This document shows, in pieces, positions 1-13,703 of a DNA stretch of 64,000 nucleotides. The stretch's first letter is position 1; every line of letters starts with the position of its first letter. Below the pieces are notes generated by a model that saw only the letters and a list, made by a program, of their open reading frames with translations, had not been told where the DNA came from and did not search any database. The DNA comes from Octopus vulgaris (taxonomy: Eukaryota), in the NCBI GenBank assembly GCA_951406725.2, contig OX597819.1, positions 42,346,001 through 42,410,000 of the forward strand. Reading direction: 5' to 3'. Made by a program: the position numbers and the translations under genes.

Positions 1-67
1 TATAGCCTCGGGCCGAAGAAAGCCTTGTGAGTGGATTTGGTAGACGGCAACTGAAAGAAGCCCGTCG

Positions 68-70
<3 letters not shown>
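1..70 (+). mobile_element. tRNA-derived SINE family A, partial (window edge)
   Basis: Matches the middle of the full copy at 1026-1465 (tatagcctcgggccga...ggtagacgg.aactgaaagaag), then runs into (TA)/(TG)n. Confidence 0.85.
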
Positions 71-108
<38 letters not shown>

Positions 109-118
109 CTGTGTTTGT

Positions 119-730
119 CTCAGTGTTCGCAGTGGAAGACCCCCAACCTCTCCGAGGCCGAAGATGGCACGAATCAGTCGAAGCTATGTGAAGACACTGT
201 TGACCGTTTTCTTCGACTACAAGGGGATAGCCCATCATGAGTATGCTCCAGCTGGTCAGATAGTCAACAAGAAATACTACTGTGACGTTTTGTGGCATTT
301 ACAGGATGATATTCGTCGGAAAAGGCCACAACTGCATGCGTCCGGTGAGTAGCAATTGCACCATGACAACGCACTTGCCCATTCAGTGCAGCTTGTTCAG
401 CAGCTTTTGGCTAAGTACAGGATTCTCCAAGACCGAAAGCCACCGTATTCCCAAGATCTCGCCCCTTGCGGCTTTTACCTCTTTCCAAAAATCAAATCCC
501 GCTTGAAAGGAAGATTTCAGGACGTCGACGAAATCAAAGTGTATGCGACAAGGTAGCTACTGATTATCCTAGAAAACGAGTTCCAGGAATGCTTCCATCA
601 ATGGAACCAGCGCTGGAGTAAGTGTGTGGCTTCCGAAGGGAACTATTTTGAAGGAGATTAAATGCCAAATTGGTACGTGTTGTAGTTTTGTTTTTATAGC
701 ATCAGTCCGGATACTTATTGATCAAACCTC

Positions 731-731
<1 letters not shown>
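119..731 (+). mobile_element. Mariner transposon 3' half, pseudogenised transposase plus right TIR
   Basis: ORFs read TVFFDYKGIAHHEY, HHDNA, PPYSQDLAPCGFYLFPKIK (YSPDLAP motif); ends ...cttattgatcaaacctcg|TA, similar to the TIR at 12093. Confidence 0.9.
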
Positions 732-774
<43 letters not shown>

Positions 775-934
775 GTAAAAAGTGTACACACACACGCACA
801 CACACAAATACGTATATACACATATGTATATGTGAGTGTGCATATGTATTAATGTATTCGCGCGTGTTTATGTATATATATGGACGTACGGATACATATT
901 TGTATGTGTGTATATATATACATATATACAAATT

Positions 935-1202
935 TTCATAACTTTATTCATACCGTATAATAGAATATTTTATTCTTTTATTAACCATAAACTTACGTTA
1001 TTTATATTTAAATTGCCTCTATCGTAGGCGCAGGAGTGGTTGTGTGGTAAGTAGCTTGCTCACCAACCACATGGTTCCGGGTTCAATCTCACTGCATGGC
1101 ACCTTGGGCAAGTGTCTTCTACTATAGCCTCGGGATGACCAAAATCTTGTGGGTGGATTTGGTAGACGGAAACTGAAAGAAGCCTGTCGTAAATATGTAT
1201 AA

Positions 1203-1259
<57 letters not shown>

Positions 1260-1705
1260 TGTGTCTGTGTCTGTGTTTGTCTCCCAACATCGCTTGACAA
1301 CCGATGCTGGTGTGTTTACGTCCCCGTAACTTAGCGGTTCGGCGAAAGAGACCGATAGAATAAGTTGTAGGCTTACAAAGAATAAGTCCTGGGGTCGATT
1401 TGCTCGACTAAAGGGGGTGCTCCAGCATGGCCACAGTCAAATGACTGAAACTAGTAAAAGAGAGTATCATCTCTAATTTATTCATTATTGTCCTAATTCT
1501 ATTTACCTACTTTATCTTACCTCCAATCAACCTGCATACACATCTTCATGACATTATTCATACCGTATCAACGAATATTTTATTCTTTTATTAACCATAA
1601 ACTTACCTTATTCATATTTAAATTTCCTCTATCACCTCTATTTAATTATTCATTTATTGTCCTAATTCTATTCACCTGCTCTATCTTACCTCCAATCAAC
1701 TTGTA
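935..1705 (+). repeat. Two-copy tandem duplication (about 185-bp unit), first copy split by a SINE
   Basis: ttattcataccgtat...ttaaccataaacttac...cctctatc occurs at about 942 and about 1552; ...ttacctccaatcaac occurs at about 1517 and about 1686. Confidence 0.8.
1026..1465 (+). mobile_element. Full-length tRNA-derived SINE family A with internal (TG)n
   Basis: A-box-like tggttgtgtgg, B-box ggttcaatctc, CORE-like accttgggcaagt, internal microsatellite, 3' domain ending gactgaaactagtaaaaga; about 10 related copies in the window. Confidence 0.9.
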
Positions 1706-2248
1706 AGCCCCTCACCCCAACAATATAAATCATAAACCGTATTATTCAGTCTGCTATAATGAATCCATAAACGCATATAAAACATCCAAGTGTATAATTT
1801 TTTTCCCTCTGAAGGGTTACTATACAAATGGCGTTTAGAATTTACGACATTTGTTTAAGAAGAATTTTATTTATTTGACGTAGTCATATTCCAGCTAATT
1901 TTGGCTATGTCCGGGTCAATGTTTAAAATCTTACCTGTTTAAAATGTTATCTGATGGTGGTGGATTATGTATTATGATTTAATCTTTTATGACCGCCTTA
2001 AATAAAATTCTACGGTAACAGCTAACATAATTTTAAACGCCATTTGTGTTTATTTTTTATACTGACGCCACACCAAGGACCAACCCGTGAGTTGGATCTA
2101 CGGTTTAAATTGAACTTGGTAGTCGAATATCTACAGTATCCTAGCAACATTCGATGTCCTGAATGTTGTTCATTTTACTGTAAGCTCTATGTTGTCATAC
2201 ATAACCAATTCTGGCGTCCTGCGAGTTGATGCCTCTTGCTTTTTATGA

Positions 2249-2300
<52 letters not shown>

Positions 2301-2390
2301 GTCTGTCTGTCTGTCTGTCTATCTATCCATCTATCTATCTATCTATCTATTTATTTATTTATTTATCTATCTACCTATCTATATATCTAA

Positions 2391-2439
<49 letters not shown>

Positions 2440-2440
2440 C
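2249..2440. repeat. (TCTA)n microsatellite
   Basis: Directly visible. Confidence 0.95.
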
Positions 2441-3099
2441 ACCAATGAATTAACGCAAATTTATGGTTGTCTACTTATGAGTGTATATGCATATATGTGT
2501 GTCATTTTACATAAGGGATAAAACAAACAAATAAAAAAAGAAAAACAAAATGAAAACTAAAAAATAAACATTACAGAGCCATGTAACAAAAACATTTAAA
2601 TTAACCATAAAAATTATTCCAAAAACAAAAAAAAATCCAATGATTTACCATCTATATATATTTTTTCACTTATGTAACTGATCGGAAGTAGGATATTAAA
2701 CGAAATATTAGAGTGTGTGTGTATGCATGCGCGCACGCGTGTGTATGTGTGTGAAAATATTATGGTTTCGCTTGTGTTTAGATTTCCGCCATGTTGAAGA
2801 TGTCAGTTGTTTTACAAGGAGAAAGAGGTGGTGAGTTTATAGTCTCTCTTCCTTCTTTTTCTTCCCTCCTTTCTTTCTTTCTGTCTTTCTCTTTTTGTTA
2901 TTTAGTTATAGAGGACATTTATTTGTGTAACGTTTCCGAGGTAAACAGGAAGTTATTTAACGGACGGAAGTAGGTCGCTGCTATACATTTTATGTATATT
3001 AATACGTGCACATATATGCATAAATAAATATGTACATATATATATACGCACACATAAACACACACACATCAGCATCCATTCACATGCAGCTTTCTCTGT

Positions 3100-3176
<77 letters not shown>

Positions 3177-3585
3177 CGCTCATACACACACGCGCGCGCA
3201 CACATTCACGCAATATAAACTATGAAATTTAAATTGTTGTTTACATAGATGTCATCATTGAGAAAACAAAGCTATGATAGAAGGTATTCAATCGAAGGTG
3301 TTCAATTTTCGATCATCTTCGTTGAAAGCAGGCTTCTTCTTATTTCCTAAAGCTTTTATGTAGTGTAGAAGAAAACTACGAGGCCATGGCTAGCATATCG
3401 TGTGGCTATTCATAAAATATGAACGACTTGTTTACTCTGAAAGGCAGTGCAAAAATATTTCAAAATATTTACATGCGCAATCACACACACACGTAAATAT
3501 GAAATAAGAACACAAATGGGTTAAAGGTTCACTACAGCTGTTTCAGACGCTTTTTTTAATTTTATTTTTACCATTTTTTATTAAT

Positions 3586-3821
3586 TTGTTTCAGTCATTT
3601 GACTTCGGCCATGCTGGAGCATCACCTTTAGTCGAACAGCTCGACCCCACGACTTATTCTTTGTAAGCCTAGTACTTATTCTATTGGGTCTTTTGCCGAA
3701 CCGCTAAGTTACGGAACGTAAGCACACCAGCATCGTTTGTCAAGCGATGGAGGGGGCAAACGCAAACACACAAACATAGACACGCAGGCACACACACACA
3801 CGCACACGCACACGCACACAC

Positions 3822-3897
<76 letters not shown>

Positions 3898-4020
3898 GAT
3901 AGGCTTCTTTCAGTTTCCATCTACCAAATCCACTCACCAGGCTTTGGTCGGCCCGAGGCTATAGTAGAAGACACGCAGTGGGATTGAACTCAGAACCATA
4001 TGGCTGGTAAGCAAGCTACT
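3586..4020 (-). mobile_element. SINE family A
   Basis: Reverse complement of 1026-1465 with internal (CA)/(TA)n. Confidence 0.88.
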
Positions 4021-4049
4021 TACATGCAGCCTTACAAAGATGTAGCTGC

Positions 4050-5090
4050 GAGCTGGACAAAGACACAAACGATAATGGAATGAAAAAAATGAAAAGATAG
4101 TTGATGGGGGAAGCAGACAACGCCTGCCGATTGCTGCTTCCCGAAAACAGTGTTCTCTTTTTCTCAACAACACAAAAGGAGGTATTGAACCTCTTACCAA
4201 AGTTCAAAGAAAGAACGCAATCGTCCTTACAAGATGAGGCGCTGAACCTCTTGCCAAAAAATAACAAATTCAAATTTCAAATTGAGGCACTATGGCCTCT
4301 TACCTTTCCTCCCCGACCAGGTAATTTTCCCCCTGCAGGAAATCCTGCAGTTCCAAATCGGGGCTCCAGAAAGCAAACCTGTATTGGTCTTGGGAAAGGA
4401 GTCCATCACCCTGAACATATCATTTTCCATTATGACCTCCGTAGTTACCTGCGGAGACCAATACGGGTCTTCAGGACAGGCCAGGACCCCTTCCCTCCAG
4501 CCCTCTAGCTTCTTCACAAAGCTCTGTACAGCCCCACCCCCAGCCTTATGAAAGAAGATCACAAATTCATCCTTCATCATAATGGGAGGACCCACAGTTT
4601 CTTCTGTCAGTGGCACAATTCCCACCGACGAGGTTTCAGGACATGCCGGCAGTGTACTAGTAACCGCCGGTAATGTCCCGTTCTTCTTTTTTTCTCCCTT
4701 GTGCTGCGGGAGGGTGTAGTTCTTCCGCTTTATCCGGAGGATCTTCCCTCCCTCCCGCAGCCTTGGGGTCCTTCGGTGAGCAACCATTGTTGCCCAACTT
4801 CTTTTTCCCCTTTGTTTTTCCCTTGACTGCCACTACCTCTCCCTCAGAAGAAGGAGGGGCGTTACTTTTACTAACTGCTCCTGGACCCTACTTTGGTCCT
4901 AGGGACAGTTCTTCTTAATATGGCCCGGTTCCAGATACAAGTGACACTTAGTGAGGGCGTCCCTCAAGTATTACTGGGTACCTGCAACCGGCCATTTTCA
5001 AAAAAATCTGGAAATACCAGATCGTTAACGGTTGATTGGGTCCATAGGGTCAAAACCGCTTTTGACCCCACCCAATCAGCCTGCACCTAT
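4050..5090 (-). pseudogene. Decayed LINE ORF1 (gag-like) fragment with CCHC knuckle
   Basis: Minus strand about 4905-4975 reads PVILEGRP / KCHLYLEPGHIKKNCP (CX2[C>Y]X4HX4C) with frameshifts; higher GC than the flanks. Confidence 0.55.
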
Positions 5091-5496
5091 ATTGATGAAT
5101 AATTCTATCACACCATAATGTAATCGAATTATTCAAAAAATAAAAAATAAAAATAACGCGTCTGAAACAGCTGTAGTGAAACTTCAACTCATTTGTGTTC
5201 CTATTTTATGCAGACACCATACTCCATGTTAGATCTGAAACTTCCTTACTTTGGATCGAGAACCTACATGCCTGTGTGCATGGTTATATAGTTACATGTA
5301 TATGTCTATTTATATGTATGTGTGTATAAGTGTGTACATGTACATATATTTGTAGGTGCGTGGATATATCCGTATATGCAGGAGTATGTATGGATGTATT
5401 TGTATATGGCGTATACACGTTTGTGCCGACCTCAACCCTCTCTTGGTGTCCTGAATGTTAAAATACCGTGATACAAATAAATCTTACAAATAATTA

Positions 5497-5545
<49 letters not shown>

Positions 5546-6472
5546 CTTGTTAATTACCTTAGTAATAGTATCCTGTCATTTCCAAATGTCGTGCACTTAG
5601 TCCATTTTATAAACTTATGCGTAGATCGAGATCTATTTTGATTTGCAACTTGACAATATTCGTGCGTATGTATACATACATACAAGGTGGAAGTCAATTT
5701 GTGACTGAATAAGATCGTTTCTTAAACACAGTAAGTGCACGCAAACGTTCCGAGAGTTCAAGAAGTTCATGTACGAGAATTTGGATAAAAGTGGATAAAA
5801 TACTGCACAGCACTGAAGCCACTTTCCAACAGAAAGCCAGTGACAAAACAGAGGCGACCAGAAACTAACTGCGCTTCAGTTTTTTGTTTATACGATTTTA
5901 CATTTCCCAAGCAGAAAGCTCTGATGAGAATTAGGGATCTTTCACTTTCAGTGGATCACATGCTAATCAACCCATAGCTGGGGCCCTGACAGGTTCGTCT
6001 TCCGCAGGACAGTGTAGACCTGGAAACACTAGTGGCTAAGAGGTGGTTCCACACTCCTCAAAACCATGGATCTCCTGTACCAAAACCCCGCTACCAAATG
6101 CCTTTTAAAGCCATACCCAGGTCACACATACACACATATACTGCAATAACGTATACACATCATAAATAAAATAAAACCGCAGTAGATCAAGGACCAATTA
6201 ATAACACAGTAAAACTCTGAGACATTATTACAAAGCAGTAAATCCTGCTGGAATTAACTTGAATGTATTTACAGAATCGACTAAAATGATAGATGTGAGC
6301 AACACATTGAAAATAAAAACCACAAAAGCATAAATTTCACACATAATTTATTATTTAATTATTCTCAATAACTATTTTAGTGGTGAAAAACATCATAATT
6401 TATATAATTACCTAATTAGTGAGTAGAATTAAAGAAAAAGGCGATGAGATGAAAAGTATATACATATGTGTG

Positions 6473-6544
<72 letters not shown>

Positions 6545-6659
6545 TTATTTATTTATTTATTTATATACGGGGGCTGGACAAAATACTGGAAACACCTACC
6601 ATCATAGCATCATAATTTTGAAAAATCTATAAAACCGTCAAAAAGCTTGTTGGGGCATA

Positions 6660-7760
6660 GTGGTCCAAAGATATAATAGATTTTAAGGTCCATTAATTCA
6701 TACTACCGCCTCCTTCTTCAGGGAAGTTCTTAACCGATAAGTTTACATTTGCTATGCTGATGTGGTGGAATTCAAAGTTGAAATACCTTGTAGAGAGCTA
6801 CACTTATTAGTAGGGGGTAGTGGTGTTTTTAGAGAATAGTAAGGGGGGGGGAGAATATGCTACTATTAAGACGAAGCTATTAATATTAGAGGAGAAGATA
6901 TAATCCAAGCTACGATGGAATAACAGTTTATTGTGAATTTATGAAGAGTTAGCCAAATGTCTAAGGGTCGAATAATACCCGTGTCTACAAGAAAAAATAA
7001 CATCTGAAAACATATTTAAGATTGAAGAATTATACATGCGCAGAATAGTTAAGGATTCTTTAATACAGAATTTACATTTACGTGTATATGAATTGTAAGT
7101 ATAGTTTGTAAGGATAGTTTGGACTGTATATTTTGTGCTTTGAGATATGTGTAGCTAGTAATGTAGAAAATTTGGTTTTGGGGTTCATAAAAGAATTAAT
7201 ATGTGAACGTTATCTACGCTTAAAGTCTACTGTACTCTTAATATATATCTTTGCCAGGTGGTTGCGGGGTGTGATCACAGCGCATTTATATATCATAGTT
7301 TTTCGTAAACAAAATCTCTCCAGTGGACATAAATTGGATGCGCGACAGCTACAGGATTTTTCGTTTGCTTGATAGTTTAAGTACCGTTCTAGTGAGATCA
7401 AGTTAGGTTGAAGTGTCTACACTAAAGGAGGGTCTAAGTTGGAATTTATAACAGAATTGGGATGAGTGGTTATGTTGGAACTGGTATTCATTATTTGGTA
7501 ATCAGTGTTGCTGGATATTGTTATCAGTTTAGAATTACTCAACCTAGGAGAGTCATTACTGGGCTGTGGTACTATTATTGTCCGGAACCGGACAATAATG
7601 CATTTTTTAATGTATTTATATATTCATATATCTATATATTTTTATAGTATGATTTTGTGCACATATCTTCATAACGGAATTTATTTTACTATATGCGTAT
7701 TGGTAAGTCCGAAAGTCGGGTCCTAGATAATCCATTCTAAGTTGTCCATTTTTCCGATGT
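6660..7760 (-). pseudogene. Penelope-like element remnant, C-terminal GIY-YIG endonuclease region
   Basis: Minus strand reads SCSCRASNLCPLERFCLRKTMIYKC...IYIKST..FKRR*RSH..SF...ST.LATHI, then YTRKCKFCIKE: the PLE linker Cys motif plus a degenerate GIY-YIG. Confidence 0.75.
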
Positions 7761-7899
7761 TCTTCCTAGAGGTAAGACGAAATTTTTTAAAGTTCGCTGC
7801 CCGCATACATCTTTGCCACCAACATTTCAGTGAAGCTTTACATAGCATCGTATAGTTATCGACTGCTATTTCCAGCAAACTTTTGTTGTATCACTATTT

Positions 7900-7960
<61 letters not shown>

Positions 7961-7968
<8 letters not shown>

Positions 7969-9782
7969 TTAGAGACAAAACCACTATTTTGCAAAACAAA
8001 CAAGGAAAGACTTAATCAATACATAAAATTTTAATAAAAAGTTTAAAAAAACGCCACTACAATTGTTTCATGTCTTGAACGACAATCTTCAGGTGGATTT
8101 CCGATCTAAAATATCAATATTTTAAAATATAAGTATAAAAAATAATTTTAAAATAATTAAAGTATCAATGAAAAAATATAAATATATAATCTATATATAA
8201 CCTATATATAATCCATATATAATCAATATATAAACTAAAATAAACCTATCAACAATTAAATATAAAACAAAATAAAAATAAACTATATATACACCCATAC
8301 ACATATAACTAAGTATATATAACCATATCTAAATACATACACTAACTCACACACCTATATATATATCCCTATACATACACATAAAAACGTCTAGGCAACG
8401 ATAAATAAATAAAATAGCCAAATACTTCAACACAATACTTATTCATACTCCCTCACACACACATACAACCCACATTCATAAACAATATACGTATACCCGC
8501 TCACACATACATATACAAACATACAGAACTCGATATATACACCAATATATTCACACCCACATCTATACAGATAAATAAATTACGCAAACAATCACACACA
8601 CACACACACATTCACACATACATAAACACTCAAAAGAAAAATAAACAATTCTTTGCACGTGGTGATCGAACGTTTTTTTTAAAATTATGAATGGAATAAT
8701 ATATAATCAACTTAAATATACAGAATTTACTACAAATCATTAATAAACCATCAAGATAAATGAAACCCATATACATATAATGATAAAACTCCCTTTACCA
8801 TACACAATTATACCTATATAGCAATCTCCATATATACATTCACACACAAATATACATACGTAAAACACACACACACAACATATACGTATACCCCCTCACA
8901 TATACATATACATACGTACTAAACTCGATATATACAACAATATGTTTACACCCACACTCATACAGATAAATAAATTACACAACTAAAATACGCACACACA
9001 CACACATTCACACATACATAAACACTCAAAAGAAAAACAACATTACTACACATAATACGATATATAAAATACTAAGTAACCAGAATATCATAAGTAACAC
9101 GATTAACATAAGGAGAAAAAAATATACATACTTTCAAATCAGTTTCAATTTATGAAGTGAAATTAAACTCTAGCCGTTAAAAACGTCAAACAAAATTACG
9201 TTACCATAGGAACCTAACATATGTATAAAAAGTATTCGCGCTCTGGAAACGAACGTCATTTAAAATTATGAATGGAATAAATGGAATAAATGGAATTAAA
9301 AATTATATTCACGTGGTAAACGAACATTACTTAAAAATTATGAATGGAATAATGTAATAAAATAACAAACATCATAAATAGACATAAATGACTACAAATT
9401 CTTTAATAAAACTACCATGATAAACTAAAACTCATAAATACATATAATGATAAAACCTCCCTTTACTAAACTCTATAACATACCTATATAGCAATCCCCC
9501 TAACCTATACATTCACACACAAATACACACACGTAAACCACACACCCACGACATATACAAATACCCACCTCACTCACACATACCTATACATACGTATAAA
9601 CCTCGATATATACACCATTTATTTACTTTTTATTAAAATTTTATGTATTGATTAAGTCTTTCCTTGTTTGTTTTGCAAAATAGTGGTTTTGTCTCTAATT
9701 AATATTATATAATATTTTACTATAAAATTGGATTTAATCCTAAATCTGATTTTTTCCCTGTAAATTTGGATTTATTCCCTAA

Positions 9783-9788
<6 letters not shown>
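7961..9788. mobile_element. PLE-type terminus with 5' inversion (foldback) inserted in (TA)n
   Basis: About 80-bp inverted repeat, 7961-8042 vs 9625-9706, then an unpaired 3' tail 9707-9788; (TA)n on both sides; related to 53365-53730. Confidence 0.75.
8054..8096 (-). ncRNA. Minimal type-I hammerhead ribozyme, intact core
   Basis: CCAC-CUGAAGA-U-UGUC(GUUCAA)GACA-U-GAAA-CAAUUG-UA-GUGG: stems I and II pair, stem III is palindromic, GUA cleavage triplet. Confidence 0.85.
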
Positions 9789-9856
<68 letters not shown>

Positions 9857-9860
<4 letters not shown>

Positions 9861-10060
9861 ATCCAAACATGAAAACACCAAGAGAAAACATAACGCGAGG
9901 ACGTGGAACAAATATAGTATTATTGGACGCTCAGGAAGGAAGGGGAAAAGGAGGGTCTTACGTTTCGAGCGGAGCTCTTCGTCAGAAACATAGGAAAAGG
10001 AAAGATCCAGAGAAGGGAAGACGGAGGGAAAAAATCGCCAACGGTACACACGCGGTCACA
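9857..10060 (-). mobile_element. About 200-bp HHR-bearing PLE-type short element in (TA)n (family H1)
   Basis: Near-identical to 25282-25475 and the reverse of 18885-19092; HHR at 9955-9989: GUUU-CUGACGA-A-GAGC(UCC)GCUC-GAAA-CG-UA-AGAC. Confidence 0.8.
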
Positions 10061-10307
10061 TTATATATATATATATATATTATTCAAAGGAATTCCAACT
10101 CTGTTTTTTATGTTTTATTTATATTATTTATAATATTAAAGTAGAATACAGAATATATAATATAAATAGTATATATTGTAAAATGAAAAGAAGTATTCAT
10201 TGTCTTATTGAATAGATGAAATATTAAATATCAAATATTAAGGGACTACTATACTTTCTTTCATTTAAGAAGTCTTCAAGGTCCCAGGTTGTGACAGGAA
10301 TGTTTTG

Positions 10308-10401
<94 letters not shown>

Positions 10402-10494
10402 GTATATATATATGTGTATGTACATATATATATGTATATATATATATATATATGTATATATATTATATTAATAATATATATATGTATATATATG

Positions 10495-10579
<85 letters not shown>

Positions 10580-10863
10580 TTGTATGTATGTATATGTATA
10601 TATACATCCGTTGTTGAGCAACGATGATCCGGAGCAGGAGTACTCAGTACAAACGCAGGGTGCAGTTATTTCTTTGAACTTGTGGCGTGTTGCCAATTCT
10701 ACAGTGAAGTCAGACTAATGTGACTTGTCTGAGGAAGCGGCTGAATACATACAATCACAATCACTACATACATACATACATACATACATACATACATACA
10801 TACATACATACATACATACATACATACATACATACACACACACACAAACACTACGTATATATA

Positions 10864-12093
10864 CGAGGGGCGTTCAATAAGTAATGCCCCTGACCCACTT
10901 CCCATAGCAGTAGAGCAACGAAACTTGGCACAGTTATTAGTCTTTTTCTACATAGGAACCACCCAGAGTTACGCATTTCTGACATCGTTTGATGCAGCTC
11001 TGAAGACCGTTTTTGTAGAAGACCCCAGCTTGGTCCTCCAACCACGACGTGACTTCAGAAATCAAGGCTGCATCATCTGGGAAATGTTTTCCTTTCAAAA
11101 ATGTCATGGCTGAGAAGAGGTGAAAATCAGAGGGTGCAAGGTCAGGAGAGTAGGGGGGATGGGGGATGAGTTCATAGCCGCACGCCTGTGCTTCTGATCT
11201 GGCGACACGCGAGTTGTGAACTTGATTTTGACAGCTTCTCTTAATTTCCTCAAAAGTGAAGCATAATAGGCTCCTGTAATTGTGGCACCCGTTGCCAGGA
11301 AATCTGTCATCAGTACTCCGTCCTTGTCCCAGAAGACTGTGAGCATGACCTTGCCAGCAGAGGGCTGCACCCTTGCCTTCTTTGGAGGAGGTGAGTCACG
11401 GTGTGTCCACTGCATTGACTGGGCTTTGGTCTCTGGATCATAGTGATGGACCCAGGTTTCATCCTGTGTAATCAGTCTTTTGAAAAATGTTGACTCATCT
11501 TCTTGGCACATCTCCAAATTCATCCTCGAGCAATCGACACGTTCTTGCTTCTGGAAAGATGTGAGCAACCAGGGAATCCATCTGGCAGACACCTTTTGCA
11601 TATGCAATGGTCATGAATGATAGTTTCCACAGACCCGGTACTAATCTTGACCTCATGGGCTATTTGGCGAATAGTTATGCGTCGATCTTCTAAAATGGCA
11701 GCCTCAACATGACGGACAGATGCCTCATCAATGGCAGAAGGGGCCGACCAGATCTGGGAGCTGTTTCCACAGAGTTCCGACCATGTTTGAATTCACGATG
11801 CCAGCGTTTTACAAGGTCATATGATGGGGCATCATCACCATAAGTTACTTTCATTTCAGTCTCCCGTGGTGTGCGTTCTTTCAATTACAAAAGCCGGATC
11901 ACTGCTCGACACTCAACAGGCTCCATTTCACACTTGACTCAGTTCAAACACCTGTAAATCAGAAATCACAATTGGTTCAGCGCTGTAATTTGCCACTTAA
12001 TCTATAAAGATATAAATAATTGTACATGCAAAATTTCAGCTAGATCAATTAACTGCAAGTGGGTCAGGAGCATTACTTATTGAACGCCCCTCG
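10864..12093 (-). mobile_element. Near full-length mariner transposon (1.23 kb), frameshifted transposase
   Basis: About 34-bp TIRs cgaggggcgttcaataagtaatgc.cctgaccca at both ends, TA on both flanks; minus ORFs read WHREFKHGR..ETAPRSGRP, ARWIPWLLT, LITQDETWVHHYDPE, KVMLTVFWD. Confidence 0.95.
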
Positions 12094-12163
12094 TATATGT
12101 AAATATTTCTGCACACACAGAGACAAACACACACAAACAGACATATATGTATATATATGCATG

Positions 12164-12251
<88 letters not shown>

Positions 12252-12442
12252 CATATGCAATACATATACATATATTTGTATCTGCATCTGTATATGTATA
12301 TGTCTTTAGGTGTGTATGTGTATGTGTGTGTGTGTTCTTTAGTTTGTTTTAGCCATCACGCCTATTTGTACACGAGTGTGTAAACACACACACACGTACA
12401 TATATATGTATGTAAGCATGTTTGTGTGTGTGTGGGTGTATG

Positions 12443-12481
<39 letters not shown>

Positions 12482-13312
12482 ATATATGTATGTATGTATG
12501 TATAATGTAATATGATACCACCCTTTATCCAGACAGAACGTAACCAACAAATGGTTCGGATGTTGCAGGAATGGACTGAAATTATTGTATATACAAAGTT
12601 ATTGGACCAAATAATGATCAAAATTCTATATTGACAAATACTTACAAGATTTCGTATTTTCTCTCTAAATATAAGGAGATTTAAAAAAATATAGCTGTTA
12701 TATTCTGAAGTGATACAGGGTCAGGCCAGCAGATGGTTGCTTGTTACTTTTGAATTTACACAGTACAGAGATATGTTGGGCTTAGTGCGAAAGTACGGTT
12801 TTTATTATTGAAGTTTATCGAGTTTAGAAATGAGGATTGGAGATGTGTGAAGAATCTAAAGGAACAGGGTAGTAGAAAGAGAGGGCGAGAGAGAAGAATG
12901 GAGAAAAGAAAAGAGTGAGAAATGGGTGGGAGGGAGAAAGACGGCGAGAAATAGAGGGAGGAGAGAAGAAGTGTAGAAAGAATAATACAGAGTGGGAGAA
13001 AGAGAGAGAGAGAAGAGGTAAAAGAGAAAAAGGGAGAGTTGTGGGGCGTAAGAGAGATGAGAGAGTAATGGTGAGTGTGTATGTGTGTATATGTATGTCT
13101 TCGAGCAACTTCAAAAGTATGTCACCTCCGGTTTTCCGTCTCCAGATCAATCGCGATGCAAACGAGGATCGTTAATATTGTTTAATAGTTAAAATGGTTG
13201 CCAGAAACAGTTTTAAAATCTTATTTCCTGAGTTAATTGCTACGGATGTATTCATCATTGTCCCTATGTCACTTTGACCCCAAGCTAATAATATTCTTGT
13301 GTGTGGATGTAA

Positions 13313-13359
<47 letters not shown>

Positions 13360-13489
13360 ACACACATATGTATGGGTTTGTGAAGGTATTGAGAGAGGGA
13401 GGGGTGGTGGATCCTATTTCTGTTATTCCATGTCGAAACTAATTTAATTCTTCTCCTTCTTTGCGAGTTGATTCAACATCGTGAAATGA

Positions 13490-13491
13490 TG

Positions 13492-13537
<46 letters not shown>

Positions 13538-13566
13538 TAATAATAATAAAAATAATAATAATAATG

Positions 13567-13602
<36 letters not shown>

Positions 13603-13643
13603 GTCATAATAATAATAATAATAATAACAACAACAACAACAAC

Positions 13644-13700
<57 letters not shown>
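13490..13700. repeat. (AAT)n microsatellite
   Basis: Directly visible. Confidence 0.95.

Positions 13701-13703
<3 letters not shown>

Noticed and set aside
6567-6600. Tc1/mariner-like TIR start (tacgggggctggacaaaatactggaaacacc)
   Set aside because: No matching opposite TIR or transposase found in the window
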